A DNA stretch of 43,566 bases from Halocafeteria seosinensis (GCA_001687465.1 LVLI01000953.1:1-43566); one strand, 5' to 3'; positions 1 through 12,068 are shown, numbered from the stretch's first letter. The notes: generated by a model from the letters alone, not told the origin. A program made the numbers and translations.

Positions 1-1
1 T

Positions 2-310
2 GTCAATGATGGCGGAGGTAGTGGCAATGCGCACAGAAGACGTGGTAGCGAGGCAGCTTCGCTTTTCGGTGCTCCCACATCGGGAGTACCCAGTCGCGCT
101 CGAACCAAGAACGCCTTTTTCCTTCGATACGGGAAACCCGCTAACACGCAATCATCTGTAAGGAATGGTCAACATTCCTCTCAAGAAGGCGGTCAGCGGA
201 GGTCCCGTAGCGACACACCTGCCGGAAATGCTACGGAACGCGCCAATCAGGCGTTGTCACAGCTTCTTCTCGGTGTAGAAGAGGAGGATTATTTGTTCGA
301 ATCACCATAG
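2..310 (+). CDS. 3' end of an upstream gene (low-complexity G/S/R-rich C-terminus ending ...LLLGVEEEDYLFESP*)
   Basis: Frame starting at base 2 is stop-free for 102 codons up to TAG at 308-310. It is missing from the ORF track because it is 5'-truncated by the window. Confidence 0.6.
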   Translation, partial: VNDGGGSGNAHRRRGSEAASLFGAPTSGVPSRARTKNAFFLRYGKPANTQSSVRNGQHSSQEGGQRRSRSDTPAGNATERANQALSQLLLGVEEEDYLFESP

Positions 311-619
311 CCTTGTAGCGCCTGACCTACAGTAGAAAAATATTCACAAAGCCTAATGTATTTAGTCTTTCTGATGTATGTTGGCCTTTCCTAGTTACAA
401 TGTCTCTGAGCATAATGTGGTCACCACCTCACAGTGACCGGAGCAGCGCTCCTTTTCTAGTTACAGACGCTGTTAGGGAAGCTTTTCCAGCAAGTTGCAT
501 GGTACTTATTGGCGACCCTTCTTTTCGTCGCAAATGTTGTGTTCTGAGACACCTCAACTCTATAGTTCCTTCAGCGTCGTGTTAATTGACAGCCATCGAT
601 TTGCTGTGTTTGGTGGTGC

Positions 620-902
620 TCATGACCAAAGCGGTAACCGTAATCCAGTTATCAAATCTTTCCAATCCAAGCGATTGGCACACGTGCCAACATATAAAGC
701 TGCAGGAATAGCCCCATAAAATGCAGCATTCGACAGAATTGCAACTGTTTTCCGTTTCGATTCCTGTAGCACTTCCGAAAGCGGAACTGTTCGGGCCTCA
801 GCTTGCTCAGAGGCTCCAAGACCACCATTCTGCATACAAAACCATACTCAAAGCAAGTGAGAACTGACGGACTCATCGAGCAAGACCGCATACAAAATTC
901 AT
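620..902 (-). CDS. Small tail-anchored protein (72 aa), Tom7-like mitochondrial import subunit candidate
   Basis: Exon ATG AAT TTT (902-894), intron 893-830 (GTATGC..TGCAG, 64 nt), exon 829-620. The segment AAFYGAIPAALYVG resembles the Tom7 TM motif (W/Y)GFIPxxxYxG, and the size fits. Confidence 0.45.
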
Positions 903-915
903 CCATCTGTATACT

Positions 916-1495
916 CTACTTCTTCTTCCCCCAAAAGAGCCCCTTGAGAAACTACAAAAGGTACCAGGGTGAGTGACCCAGGGACCTGTTCCGGGCCGAC
1001 AGCTGACGAGGGACATACGCACCGTCATACGGGAAAGCACACCATTATAACACTATCAACGGCAGAATGAAGGTACTAACTCATGCTACGAAGTGATGGA
1101 CAACTTACATGCTGCGCAGCAAGCCTCATAAGCTTCTCCTGCTGGTCTCCACCAGCTTGCTGACTCAACATTTGCTCCATTATATCTCTATCACTACTGT
1201 CCTTCCACACGCTCTCAATTGCAGCGCCTTATGGGAAAACTGCATCGACACCGAATAAACACTTTTACATGCCAGTTGTGCACGTGATGAATACATAGCA
1301 AAGAGATGGCAACTTCAAGGAAAAATAACTCCAAGTTTTGATTGTTGCTTCCCCCACAAACAAGAATCAAAGAACCCCACAACTGTGGTATGCGGCACTG
1401 GGGAGTGTCTGTAGCCCGTATTTGATCACAAGGAACAGCGAATAGTTGCGTTAGATAACATGAGAGTAAGCGACTCTGAGGCAGCTCAAGAACTG
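916..1495 (-). CDS. 3' exons of a multi-exon gene, weakly resembling a TBC/Rab-GAP C-terminal region; 5' end unresolved (probably further right)
   Basis: Introns 1294-1228, 1108-1053 and 1022-952 give ...IPQLWGSLIL...FFLEVAISLLCAAIESVWKD...LMRLAAQHCYNGVLSRMTFLKGLFWGKKK*. The TBC resemblance is by eye only. Confidence 0.35.
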
Positions 1496-2626
1496 TGATC
1501 ATCGTCTGATGTAGCATTGACAGGTCACCGCTTGCGAACGCGCAGCCCAGAACGGATCCGGAAATACTATTGGATGGTTATTCCATACTGTCGCTCTAGT
1601 GCTACACCAGCGCTGAATGTGTATCCGCCACTGCTGTAGATGTGCACCTGATTGCGTCTAACCCTACCAGTGTGCTTGATTGAGAGGTACACAAACAGAA
1701 ACTCGGCCACCTCCGAATTCGCTGTGGGCCTCCGAAAAAACGAGTTGATGTCATCTTGTTAAACTGCTTCGTTTTCTATGTGAGTCCTGACTCCTAAGTC
1801 ACACCTTACTTGGAAACAGTTACAGTTAAGGCTGCAGTGGCATGCAAACACATCACGAGTGGTGAGTCGCAGCGCCATCAGCAGCATGAATCATGATTGC
1901 AGCTCTTCCGTATATTGGAAGTTCGAAGCTGATAAACCCAGAGGTACACGACCTGCAGAATATGCAGTACTGCTAGAATGTTGGTGTTCATTGGCTGTCG
2001 GAGATAGGATGACGTACCAACCATGGGTAGGTTTCCCAGCAGCTGCTATGGGCGAGGATCGTGCAGAACAGACAGCTTCCTGCTCTTAGTTACTTCGAAT
2101 TCGACAGTATTGCAACACTGACGTACTGCACCATTGTTTACGTGTGCGTAAAACTCACTTTGCACGTTTACTAGTTACATAAATCCCTCATCAATGATTG
2201 TCAACAGGCAAAGTCCCAGGGAATACGTTTCTCCAACTCCGTTGTTGAAGCCGACCGCTAACAAGCGTTAGTTGCTGGCACCCAACTGCCGTCCATAATT
2301 CCTGACTCGAAGAAGGTTGCAGTCCCCAGAGGGAGCAGATGATTTCCTAACAGGAATATCGACACATCGTTCGTTGTTACTGCGCAGTTAAGCAACTGAG
2401 TGTCTACCAGATAGGTTTTCTCGCGTTCTTGCTCGGTTACGTGTTCTCCGGTCTGAGGGGGTAGATTCCAGGAAGTATGGCAATATCTGCGTAAAGCTGT
2501 GGACAATTTATTCGTCTGAATTAACTAGGATATCTATTTACAGTTCCCTCATTCCCAAACTCTCCAGTAGCGTGTATTCGAATCGCTGAGTCACTGCTAA
2601 CGGGCACTGCTGACGCGCAGGCGAAA

Positions 2627-5600
2627 ATGGACGGTCCAGGACCAGAAAGACGCACGAAACCTTCAATGCTTACAAAGTTCAAGCATCATCGACAACGATC
2701 TTCAAGGAAATTTGCATTTAGGCTCTCGGTTCGCGTCTTGGTTGCGTGGGTTATATATCTCACGTTGACACTAGTTCCTTTGGTTCAAGACGAGTTGACT
2801 CAACCTCTACTCCCGTACTTGTATGCGACCAAAGCGGTTCTCACCAGTATCATGTTGACATTTCCGATCTTCACCAGGCTTCGATACTTCGAGAAAACGT
2901 ATTCAAATTATGTATCAGCAGCGACAGGGGCATTCATCGTGGTTCATTTTTCGGAAGGGGTAATTGTCGACATACTTGTGCGCCAGCACGGTTTCTACGG
3001 TGCCGAAGCAAACAGCGCCGCTGTAGTAATTGCTTCCCGGGTGCTAGGGCCGCATCAGTTACTCTTCCTGGTCTCGGTGCTGGCCAGCAGTCGCATAATG
3101 GTTATCGACACTGCAAACTACCTGCGTCTCTTGCTGATTGCTCCGAGTATTTGTACCCTGATTGTACTATTCCAAGCATTGGCAGTTGGAGGCGTGTCGT
3201 ACATAGGTCTGGGAACTGCAGATTACCTTCGATCTGTAATAGTAGTCATTGCGTCAATCTTCGTCAACTACTATATTGCATTGCTCGAGGAGCATGGACA
3301 GTGGCAATTGTGGGTTCAACGCAAACGAGTGCAACTCGGATGCATCCAGGCCGAGGCTCTGTTGAAACTTACAATGCCCCGAGAAACAGCTCACGAGCAA
3401 CTGCGAGGTGCACCTATCCCAAAAACCTACGACAATGCAACTGTTGGTTTTATATACTTCTCGGGCTACTCTTCGTTGATGAAGTCCTTGCAGGGTACGG
3501 TATTATCTTGCGAAGGAACGTGCACTGCTCACTTTATTTCATGGTTTGTCATTGCAGAGGAAAAGAGATTGGATTTGGTTCAGTTTTTAGATTTTCTCAT
3601 TGGCAAACTGGACCAACTGGTTGTAGAATTCCCGGAGGTGTATAAAATCGAAAGCATAGGCAATTGCTACATGGTGTCGTCCGGGGCACCTTTTGTAAGT
3701 CGAGACTTGTTCGTCAGCGCGGCTTTCCATTGTGGGAGCACCATATGTGGTATCACGTTGCTTCGGGCAGATAACGGACAGGCCTGCGGAGAGAGCTCTA
3801 GATTTTCTATTGGAGGCAATACAATTGTACAATGTGCTAAGAGTTGACTACAATCCGGAACCTTGGAGGGAATTTATCGAACAGCTAACGCTGCAATGCG
3901 GTGTACATTCTGGGAGAGTCACTGCGGGAGTCATAGGAAAGACCTGCCGATTCTACAGGTATCTAGCGGCATGGTTTGACTGCGATAGTTATTTACAATT
4001 ACACCATGAATTATTTTGCAGGCTGTTTGGCGACACCGTGAACGTTGCGTCTCGAATAGCTAGTAAATGCTCGAACAATAGGGTTCTGGCCAGTGAAAAT
4101 TTCATAAGCAGCTTAGGTTTAAAGAGCGCTCCTGAGTCGGATAGACGGTTTTCCAGAACAGAAACAGGTGCCCAATTTACCGTCTCAGGATATGGACTTG
4201 CCGATTTGAAGGGCAAAGGTATGACGTACTTGTACTATTTACAGGATGAAGATGCCACTCACGGAAAAAATGGTATCACCCACGATCCTGAGCAACTTGC
4301 AAATTCTGCTTCACGCGTGAAACGTAAGTGAACTATTACATGACATGAGAAAAGATTGGTCAAAGTATTGGCAAGTTCCAAGCGCAGCCATGACCACCAG
4401 TTTCAGCAAGGGAATGGCGACTATGACTAGTGCTACGACCCTTAGTGAAAATAGGGATAGCAAGAGGTCCATTCGAAGGACACAGTATATCATAGCGGAG
4501 ACGTCTCAACTATTGGGGTATTCGTTGGATCAATCTTTAACATCATATGGGAGATTGCCAGAGCCTGAGTTTCTTCATGAAGAATCCTTTTTTATTAAGG
4601 AACTGGAGACCCTAATACTCAGTCGGTTTGTTAATAGCCGACATAGTGCTTCCCGTATTTCTGATTCCCGTCACGATTCTACAATGTTGGCGGACTCAGA
4701 AAAGCTCTGCATTGAAGTAGGACATGAGATGAAGCAAACGTCAGGCAATAGTGTCGATCGCCCCTCGACATCCTCAAGCAGTTCGGAAACCATCAATCAG
4801 AACTACGAATTAGGCGAAAGAGAAGAGCACCTGCATCCTCCAGTGCGGAACGCCTGGATCATCGATCAAACATTCTTGTCCACTGCTCCTCGGAAAGCAA
4901 ACGACTCTTACTGCCATTGCTTACAGAATTGCAAATATTTCGGGTTATTGCGAGCTGGATTTCTCGTACCGGAAATGGAGAGCGAATACGAGAACTCGAT
5001 CCGCGGCCTCAACAGTGATTTATTGCAGCGGCTTGGAGGATTTGGATCCCTGTTTCTTCTATACACGTCTGGCATATATTTCAATTCCCTAGAGCATGTC
5101 ACGGTGTCCTCTATAATCATTTCCGGGTTGGTTCTAGTTATTGTCTTTCTTCGCAGTTATTCCCTGATTGCATTGTCCACGGTGCGGACGCAGGAAGATT
5201 CCAAAAATACCGCACCGCAACGACCCTTCAGCGAAGGGCTACGTCTTCTAGTGGGAAGAGCTAATTCCTCTGATGAGACTGGCGATCATCAGTTTGAACG
5301 AACCAAGCGACGACTAAGATTCAAAGCATATGCTTTCATAGTACTGTGGGCATGGTTGGTGATCATAACTCTGAGTGCGATGGACCACATAGCATGGTCT
5401 CGCGTACAGAACGCTCGACCGACTTCTGAATTATGTCTCGAGACTTTCTTGTATCCAGTGTTTCTCCTACCAGCGTTTCATGTCTTCAGGCTCGGTCTTC
5501 AAAAGCAGCTACTCATCCAGATCGGAGGGATGTTTGGTGTCATACCTATCCTCTTTCTGGCTTCAGAATCATTGCCCTGCAGTGGCTACATAATTGCGCT

Positions 5601-6363
5601 GGGTTTTCTGTTTGTGAGCAACGTTGTTGTAAACGGTATAATGGATGCGGCAGACGGAGAATTGAGACTTCGTCGCAGTGTCGTTCTTAATCGGGCCTTC
5701 GAAGAGTGCAACAACGATGCAAACGGAATGATTAGTGGCTTATTCCCACCGTCAGTCGCCCGAAGCCTCCGAAACGGAAAATCAATTCCTTTGAGGTTTG
5801 TGCCTAATAATGTTGCGATTCTCTGGGCGGACTTAGTAGGTTTTACTGCATTGGCCTCCAATATGGATTCTTTTGTTTCCATGGAACTATTGAACGACCT
5901 CTACAGTCGGTTTGACGTGCTGCTCGAATACGAATCGTTATGGAAGATGGATACCATCGGCGATGCATACGTGGTCGTGGGAAGTGGAGAAGAACAACAC
6001 GAAGCTTCGCTAGTTTCCTACCTTTTCCAAACAGCTCAAGGCATGATACGGGCCATTGAAGACTTTAAAAGTGATACTGGCTATGATGTCGGCGTTCGTA
6101 TAGGAATTGGGGCGGGACCAGCGGTATGGGGCGTCCTAGGCACACTAAGGCCGCGATTCCACGTGTTTGGGGAGGCCGTTCTGGAGGCTGAGGAAATGGA
6201 GGGTACAGCACGTACAAATGAAATCCGTGTGTCCCAAAATGCAGCCAACATTTACTGGCAGCATCAATTCCAATTTCGTCAATCAAGTGGTTATTTAGCC
6301 TTAGCTCCAGGGAAGCGTGTTAATGGGAGTGAGGAATCCAGCACTTGTTCAGGTGCTTCGTAA
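2627..6363 (+). CDS. Membrane class III nucleotidyl cyclase (TM cluster-cyclase-TM cluster-cyclase), probable guanylyl cyclase; 5 exons, 1156 aa (paralog A, intact)
   Basis: GT-AG introns 3495-3557, 3695-3770, 3959-4021 and 4324-4387 join the ORFs in frame. Motifs: YKIESIGNCYMV, CGVHSGRVTAGVIG, LFGDTVNVASR, ILWADLVGFT, WKMDTIGDAYVV, VRIGIGAGP. Hydrophobic helix clusters precede each cyclase domain. Confidence 0.92.
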
Positions 6364-8152
6364 AACAATAACCCAGAAGCACCAGAGTAGTTTGGTACAG
6401 CGAATACGGTAGGTGCAAGCCCCAGCTACTTGACGTTGCTTTCATTTGTGGAAATTCGAAAAGAAAGTAGTTAGTTTAGATAGATGATAGCGTGATACGT
6501 GAAGTCATCTTGTTGTGTCAGTGTCAGCCGGTTATTCATGTTAACCATTGATGTGGCCAAGTGGGACCAGACGTCGACCCCAGGGAATGAATTTTGAAGC
6601 CCTATTCCGGGGATAGGTCGGACTCCTAGGGTGCGTGGCACCAGGGCGATGCCGTCCAATGGGATGCCAGGGGTGGGACAGGGACAGCTTTTGTACAGTT
6701 GGCATATCAGATATATTAGTGCTACTGTCTTACATGTACCAATATAAGATACTAAAGACTATGTGCGTAACCTCAATATTGATATTTGGCGTGCTCTACT
6801 GCCCCACAGCCCTGTAACAATCTAAACCAGACGGAACATTGGTTACTGCCATCGTGGAGAAAGCGAGGATAGCTGGAGAAGTGTCGTAGAACTTGCGAAC
6901 CAGTTGCTTAAGGAGATTCACATGGATAACATTGAAACTTCGGCTTTTCTGAGATTTGTCGATGCTCCTTCGATCATCGGTGAATCACCGTAAATGCGTA
7001 AGAAACTGTAATACAATCGGAGTCGTTGGGAGGAGTTGTAAGTGGCAAGTCTATGGCCGTTGCATAACGTCTATTACGGCTATTTCTATGCCATCTTGCT
7101 GGCGGTGGAGTATTGAGGCGCAGCGATTGGCTCCCCTCCTAAAAGCGCATGGGAATTCCCTTGAGTTCCAGTGCTCGGTACACAAGGGAAGATGCCTGGC
7201 TGCAGATACCGGTAGGTTCAGAAAGCTCGTACATATATGTATAAACCCGAAATAGACATGATAGTGCGAAAAGAAATTTCTCATCACTATCTGTCCCAAA
7301 CTGTAATTGGGAGTGGGACAGCTTTTGTGGTACTCATCCTGGGATTGGGACGCCCCTACCCGGCGGTTGGAGTCAACTTGGGGACTACCTGTCCTGTGAA
7401 GTCGCAATCAAGGAGATTCCCTTGTTCTCCGCCCCCCAACTGTTGGATGGATTCCACAACTGTGGATTTCCTCTGAGTACTGAGCCCAGGGATTGAAAAT
7501 ACTCCAATCATTTGGTCATATACCTGAAGCCGTATTTGGGCTCATGCGTTTGGTTTTAGTTTGGCTTGCGGATTAGACTGACCGACTGCTAAGTACAGTA
7601 CTGTACGCATAAACCAACCCGTGGTAAGTAGAAGGTACTACCGGTATAGACATAGGTAGATATGTGGAAAATACTTTCGAACAATGTCTCGTCCCATGGT
7701 TACGAGAGTATGCTACTTGTAGACTGTGGTAGCTCCCTTTAACTGCTGCCGCCGGTAGTATGGGCGTAGAACATGCTTCCCCTTTTGCCGCTTGAACATC
7801 AGGAGGTTGTATGGTTCTACAGCAAAAAGAAGCCGTCATATTTACAGTTTATCAAGTCAATGGAATTGTTATATGGATACACTGTTGCATTTTTGATGCA
7901 CTGTAGCCGGCTGGGTTAGAAAGGTACGTAACCTAGCATTACCGGCTGCGAGTCAATGGACGGACGCTTTGGTTGTTTTGAATAGTTGTTCAATTATGTG
8001 ACACCAGCTATTCAGGGAGTTGGGAATCCTTGGGATGGTATTTCGCTTTTGCTTCGCCCGACTTCGTATGAGGTACCTCTGCGCCTCCCAGTATCATCCG
8101 TATTACGGTGCGCGCAGCGCCATGCAGATCCAGTCTGAAAACAGCTTCAACG

Positions 8153-11100
8153 ATGGACACAGAGAACCGTACACGTGGATCACAGTCCCAGCTTACTATG
8201 CTGGAGAACTTCAAGGAATACCGGTGCCGAGTCTTGAGAAACTTTATGTTTAGGCTCTCACTTCGTTTCATAGTTGCATGGATGGTGTATCTTGCGCTCG
8301 CACTAGTTCCAGTGATGATAGATAAGAACACGGCACCCCTCCTGCCTTACTTGTATGCCACCAAATCAGTACTGACGATTCTTGTGCTGACGGTGGCGGT
8401 TGTCACGGGAGTTCGATACTTCGAGAAAGCTCATTCAGCACTGTTAGCAACCATATTTGGAGTTATGATGATTGGCCATTTTTCGGAAGGAGTTATCGTT
8501 GACATTATCGTTCGGCAACAAAATCTCTACGGTGCCGAAGCTGATACCGCCGGCATAGTAGTTGCTTCGCAGAGCAAACTATGATTACCAGCAAAGACCA
8601 TAGGAGTATTGAAGTGGTGGTGCTTAGCCGCATGCGTTCCATCATAGCGGTATCTCGAGAACTGCAAATTTTATCCCAATTTGCAAACTTGTTTCCTCTT
8701 ATGCTTGTTTCCGCAGTAGCAGCAGCGTCTCCGCTGACTACATTCAGCGCATAGCTTCGAAGAAATACCAGTGGCAAAATCCCCACAGAAAGTATCACGC
8801 TGGAGATTGTCGTCCGCTCCGTAGAATGAAAATATGACGCGCACGTGTACAGCAAAAACAAGGTACCGAAAGCTCCCACCCTCTTCAGCAAGTCACTATT
8901 TAGACCGCTGAGAGAATGTTGATACTCCATCTCCATCTCTTCGTCGCGAAACCACGCGTTCAACGGTCCAACACATCTCTGAACTACCAAAGAACCGCCC
9001 TGATGAGCCAGAAATGTTTGATCTACGATTTCAGAGTAGTCTGGAGGAATAGTGTCTGTCTCGAACTCCGAAATTGAGGAAACATTTGAGCCCGCCAAAT
9101 AAGGATGATCCATTGAAGTAGTGTTCTGATTTGACTGTTGCTCCGCAGGTACATGTTGCCAACCTCTTTCAGAACGTGGTAGCGAACAAGCAGGGCGTCT
9201 CCCTGCTGTAGTCGTGGTAACAAAACGGTTGAGAATGAGCATCTCCAGGTCTTTGACAAAGAACGAGGTCTCTTGCACGAAAGAAGGCTCAGTAAGGCTT
9301 TGGTATGATGACAAGGCTTGCTCCAAAGGGTATTGTAGGAACTGGGTTGTCTCTCCTATTATGCGCTGGGCCCTTTGAATAGACTTCTTGCTGTCTCTGC
9401 TTTCGCTAACGCGTGTAGCACTCGTCATACTAGCAATCCCTGAGCTGAAACTGGTGTCTGCTGTTTAGCCATTTTTCCTTCATGTTATTGTAAGCAGTTG
9501 CAAATGATGAGCCTAGACTTACGTGTCATGCGCGAGGAAGCATGATCTGCAAATTTCTCAGATTTGGAGGTATGGGCAACAGGCTCGTACAAACAATATA
9601 AGTGCCTTTGACCTTTTCCTTTCAGGGTGACATCTCCGTAACTTGAGACGGCAACTTCTGTACCTTCTGTTGTTGTAAACCATGATTCATCTGAGGTAAC
9701 GTTTTGAGACAAGCCGATGCTTCTGCAGAAACTCTCACTGCCAAGTATTGTGTTGCTTGGAGACTTGCCTGCGATTCTGGATGCGACATTCACAGTATCA
9801 CCAAACAACCTGCAGAAATATACAAATTGGTACGGAATGGATTTACTACGAGGGAGACAACTGGCCCATAACGGGACTCATTACCTGTAGAATCGGCATC
9901 TTGTTCCTATCACTCCTGTTGTAACTTCTCCGGAATGCAAACCACACTGAAGTGTTAATTGCCCAAGAAACTCTTTCTCGCGTTCCGACGAGCAGTAAAC
10001 TTGTAGTTCAGAGTACAGCCGGAGCACCTCCAAGAAGAACTCCAGAGCTCTTTCCGCATGGCAATCCGATACCTGTAATTCCGGACGTAGCTACCACTAT
10101 TAGGATGTAGTAGAGGAAACAAAGCTCGACATACAAAGGGTGCACCTGAGGATACCATATAGCAATTCCCGATGCTTTCGACCTTAAAAACTTCCGGATA
10201 CTCCACAATAAGCTGGTCAAGCTGGCCAATAAGAAAATCCAGAAACTGAACAAGCTCCATTCGCTCTTCCCCTGCACAGGAAATAGCACTACTAGGCGCG
10301 GTAATCCCCACAAATACCGTATTTTATACAAACGAGTATTCACCTTGAGTTGTCTTCATCAAAGAAGAATAGCCACACAAATAAATAAAGCCAACGGTTG
10401 CTTCGCAGTACGTCTTCCGGGTGAGTGTGCCCCGGAGCTGATCATGTGCTGTTTCACGGGGCATTACCAGTTTCAACAACGCCTCTGCCTGGATGCATCC
10501 TAATTGTAATCGTTTTCGTTGAACCCACAGTTTCCATTCACCCTCCGCTTCCAGCAGGGAAATGTTGTAGTTCACAAAGATAGAAGTAGCGACTATAATC
10601 ACTGACCGAAGGTAGTCTGCAATCCCCAAACCAACATAAGACACACCGCCCCCCACAGCAACTCCCTGGAGAAGTACGAGAAGTCCGCAGACGCTGGGAG
10701 CTATCAGCAAAAGACGTAGATACTGTTTGACATCTCTAACCAGTAACCGGCTGCTTGCCACGACTGAAACTAAGAATAGCAGCTGATGCGGTCCCAATAC
10801 ACGCAATGGACCACATCTCCTGGTCTCATGAGCACAGATCTCGTCCTGCGTCGGAACTATGTCTCGAAACTTTCGTATATCCCGTGGTACTACTCTCCGT
10901 GTTTCATGTCTTTAGGATTGGGCTTCGACGACAGTTACTCGTCCAAATTGGAGGAATGATCAGTGTTGTACCTGTTCTCTTTCTGGCTCCGGAATCGCTA
11001 CCCTGTAGTGGGTACATAACAGCACTGGGATTTATGTTCGTGAGCAATGCTGTAATGAACGGTATAATGGATGCGGCAGATGGTGAATTGAGGCTACGGC

Positions 11101-11762
11101 GCAGTGTAGTGCTTAACCGAGCGTTCGAAGAATGCAAAGACGATGCAGACGGAATGTTACGTCGTTTGTTCCCGCCTTCCGTCGCTCGAAGTCTTCAAAA
11201 CGGAGAACCCATTCCCTTAACGTTTGCACCTAATGATGTCGCCGTCCTTTGGGCGGACTTGGTAGGGTTCACGGCATTGTCCTCTAGTCTTGATTCTTTG
11301 AGCTCTATGGAGTTACTGAGTGACCTTTACAGCCGGTTTGACGAGTTGCTTCAAGATGATTCGTTGTGGAAGATGGATACAATTGGCGACGCGTATGTGG
11401 CTGTAGGAAGTGGTGAAGAACGACATACGGCAGTATTACTTTTACATCTTTTCCAAACCGCTCAGGGCATAATCAGGGCTGTTGAGGAATTTAAGGCAAG
11501 CACTGGTTACGATATCGGTATTCGTATAGGAATTAGTGCTGGTCCAGCCATATGCGGTATAGTGGGCACGCTTAGGCCTCGATTCCACGTCTTTGGAGAA
11601 GCCGTTCTGGAGGCTGAACAAATGGAAAGTACCGCCCGGACTAATGAAATTCATGTTTCGCAGAAAGCAGCCAATATATACCGGCAACATCAATTTCATT
11701 TCTGTGAGTCAGAGGGTCATCTGACATTGTCAATGGATGTACATGATAACAACGAACACTAA
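8153..11762 (+). CDS. Paralog B of the membrane cyclase (1112 aa once restored), interrupted as assembled by an internal inversion of 8571-10802
   Basis: 8153-8570 (+) matches the N-terminus of paralog A, 10802-8571 (-) matches its middle, and 10803-11762 (+) matches its C-terminus. Restored junctions read VAS|RVLGPHQ and IVCS|AMDHI, matching IASRVLGPHQ and ITLSAMDHI in paralog A. Confidence 0.88.
8571..10802 (-). other. Inverted internal segment of cyclase paralog B (end of TM cluster 1, first cyclase domain, linker, start of TM cluster 2) with 4 intact introns
   Basis: Minus-strand exons are collinear with paralog A. Introns 10343-10272, 10134-10073, 9884-9810 and 9522-9461 are all GT-AG at the same codon positions as in paralog A. 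The segment is flanked by GC at 8569-8570 and 10803-10804. Confidence 0.92.
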
Positions 11763-12068
11763 GTGGCACGCCGAGTTCGCAAGAGGAGTTGAACTATCCG
11801 CTACTGAGAACGTCCTGGGCGATGTTTGGGGAACAAATCAACGCGTACGGAGGGGATCGTTGTTGACCGTGAAATTACAGAGTATCCAGGTTTACCGAAA
11901 GTGAAAAGCAATGAAAAATGCACACTGCAGGGGTAGCCAACTCTAGTATTCATTTTAAGCGTTACTTACGACAAAGTAACCTGACTGAGCCTTTGTACAC
12001 GACCTACAAACTTGAACACATTAATAGGCACATCTGGTAGACGCCACAAGCATACCGTTTTCTCTGGG

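Noticed and set aside
2746..3645. 299-aa alternative-frame ORF overlapping cyclase A
   Set aside because: Shadow frame with no recognisable motif; the conserved frame is the cyclase.
8565..10810. Spliceosomal trans-splicing joining the opposite-strand pieces
   Set aside because: No GT donor follows the + piece at 8571 (agagc..) and no AG acceptor precedes 10803 (..acac), so canonical splicing cannot make these joins.
8108..11762. Reading ORFs 8108+, 8505-, 9485-, 9955-, 10324- and 10755+ as independent genes
   Set aside because: They are consecutive exons of one cyclase, collinear with paralog A after a single inversion.
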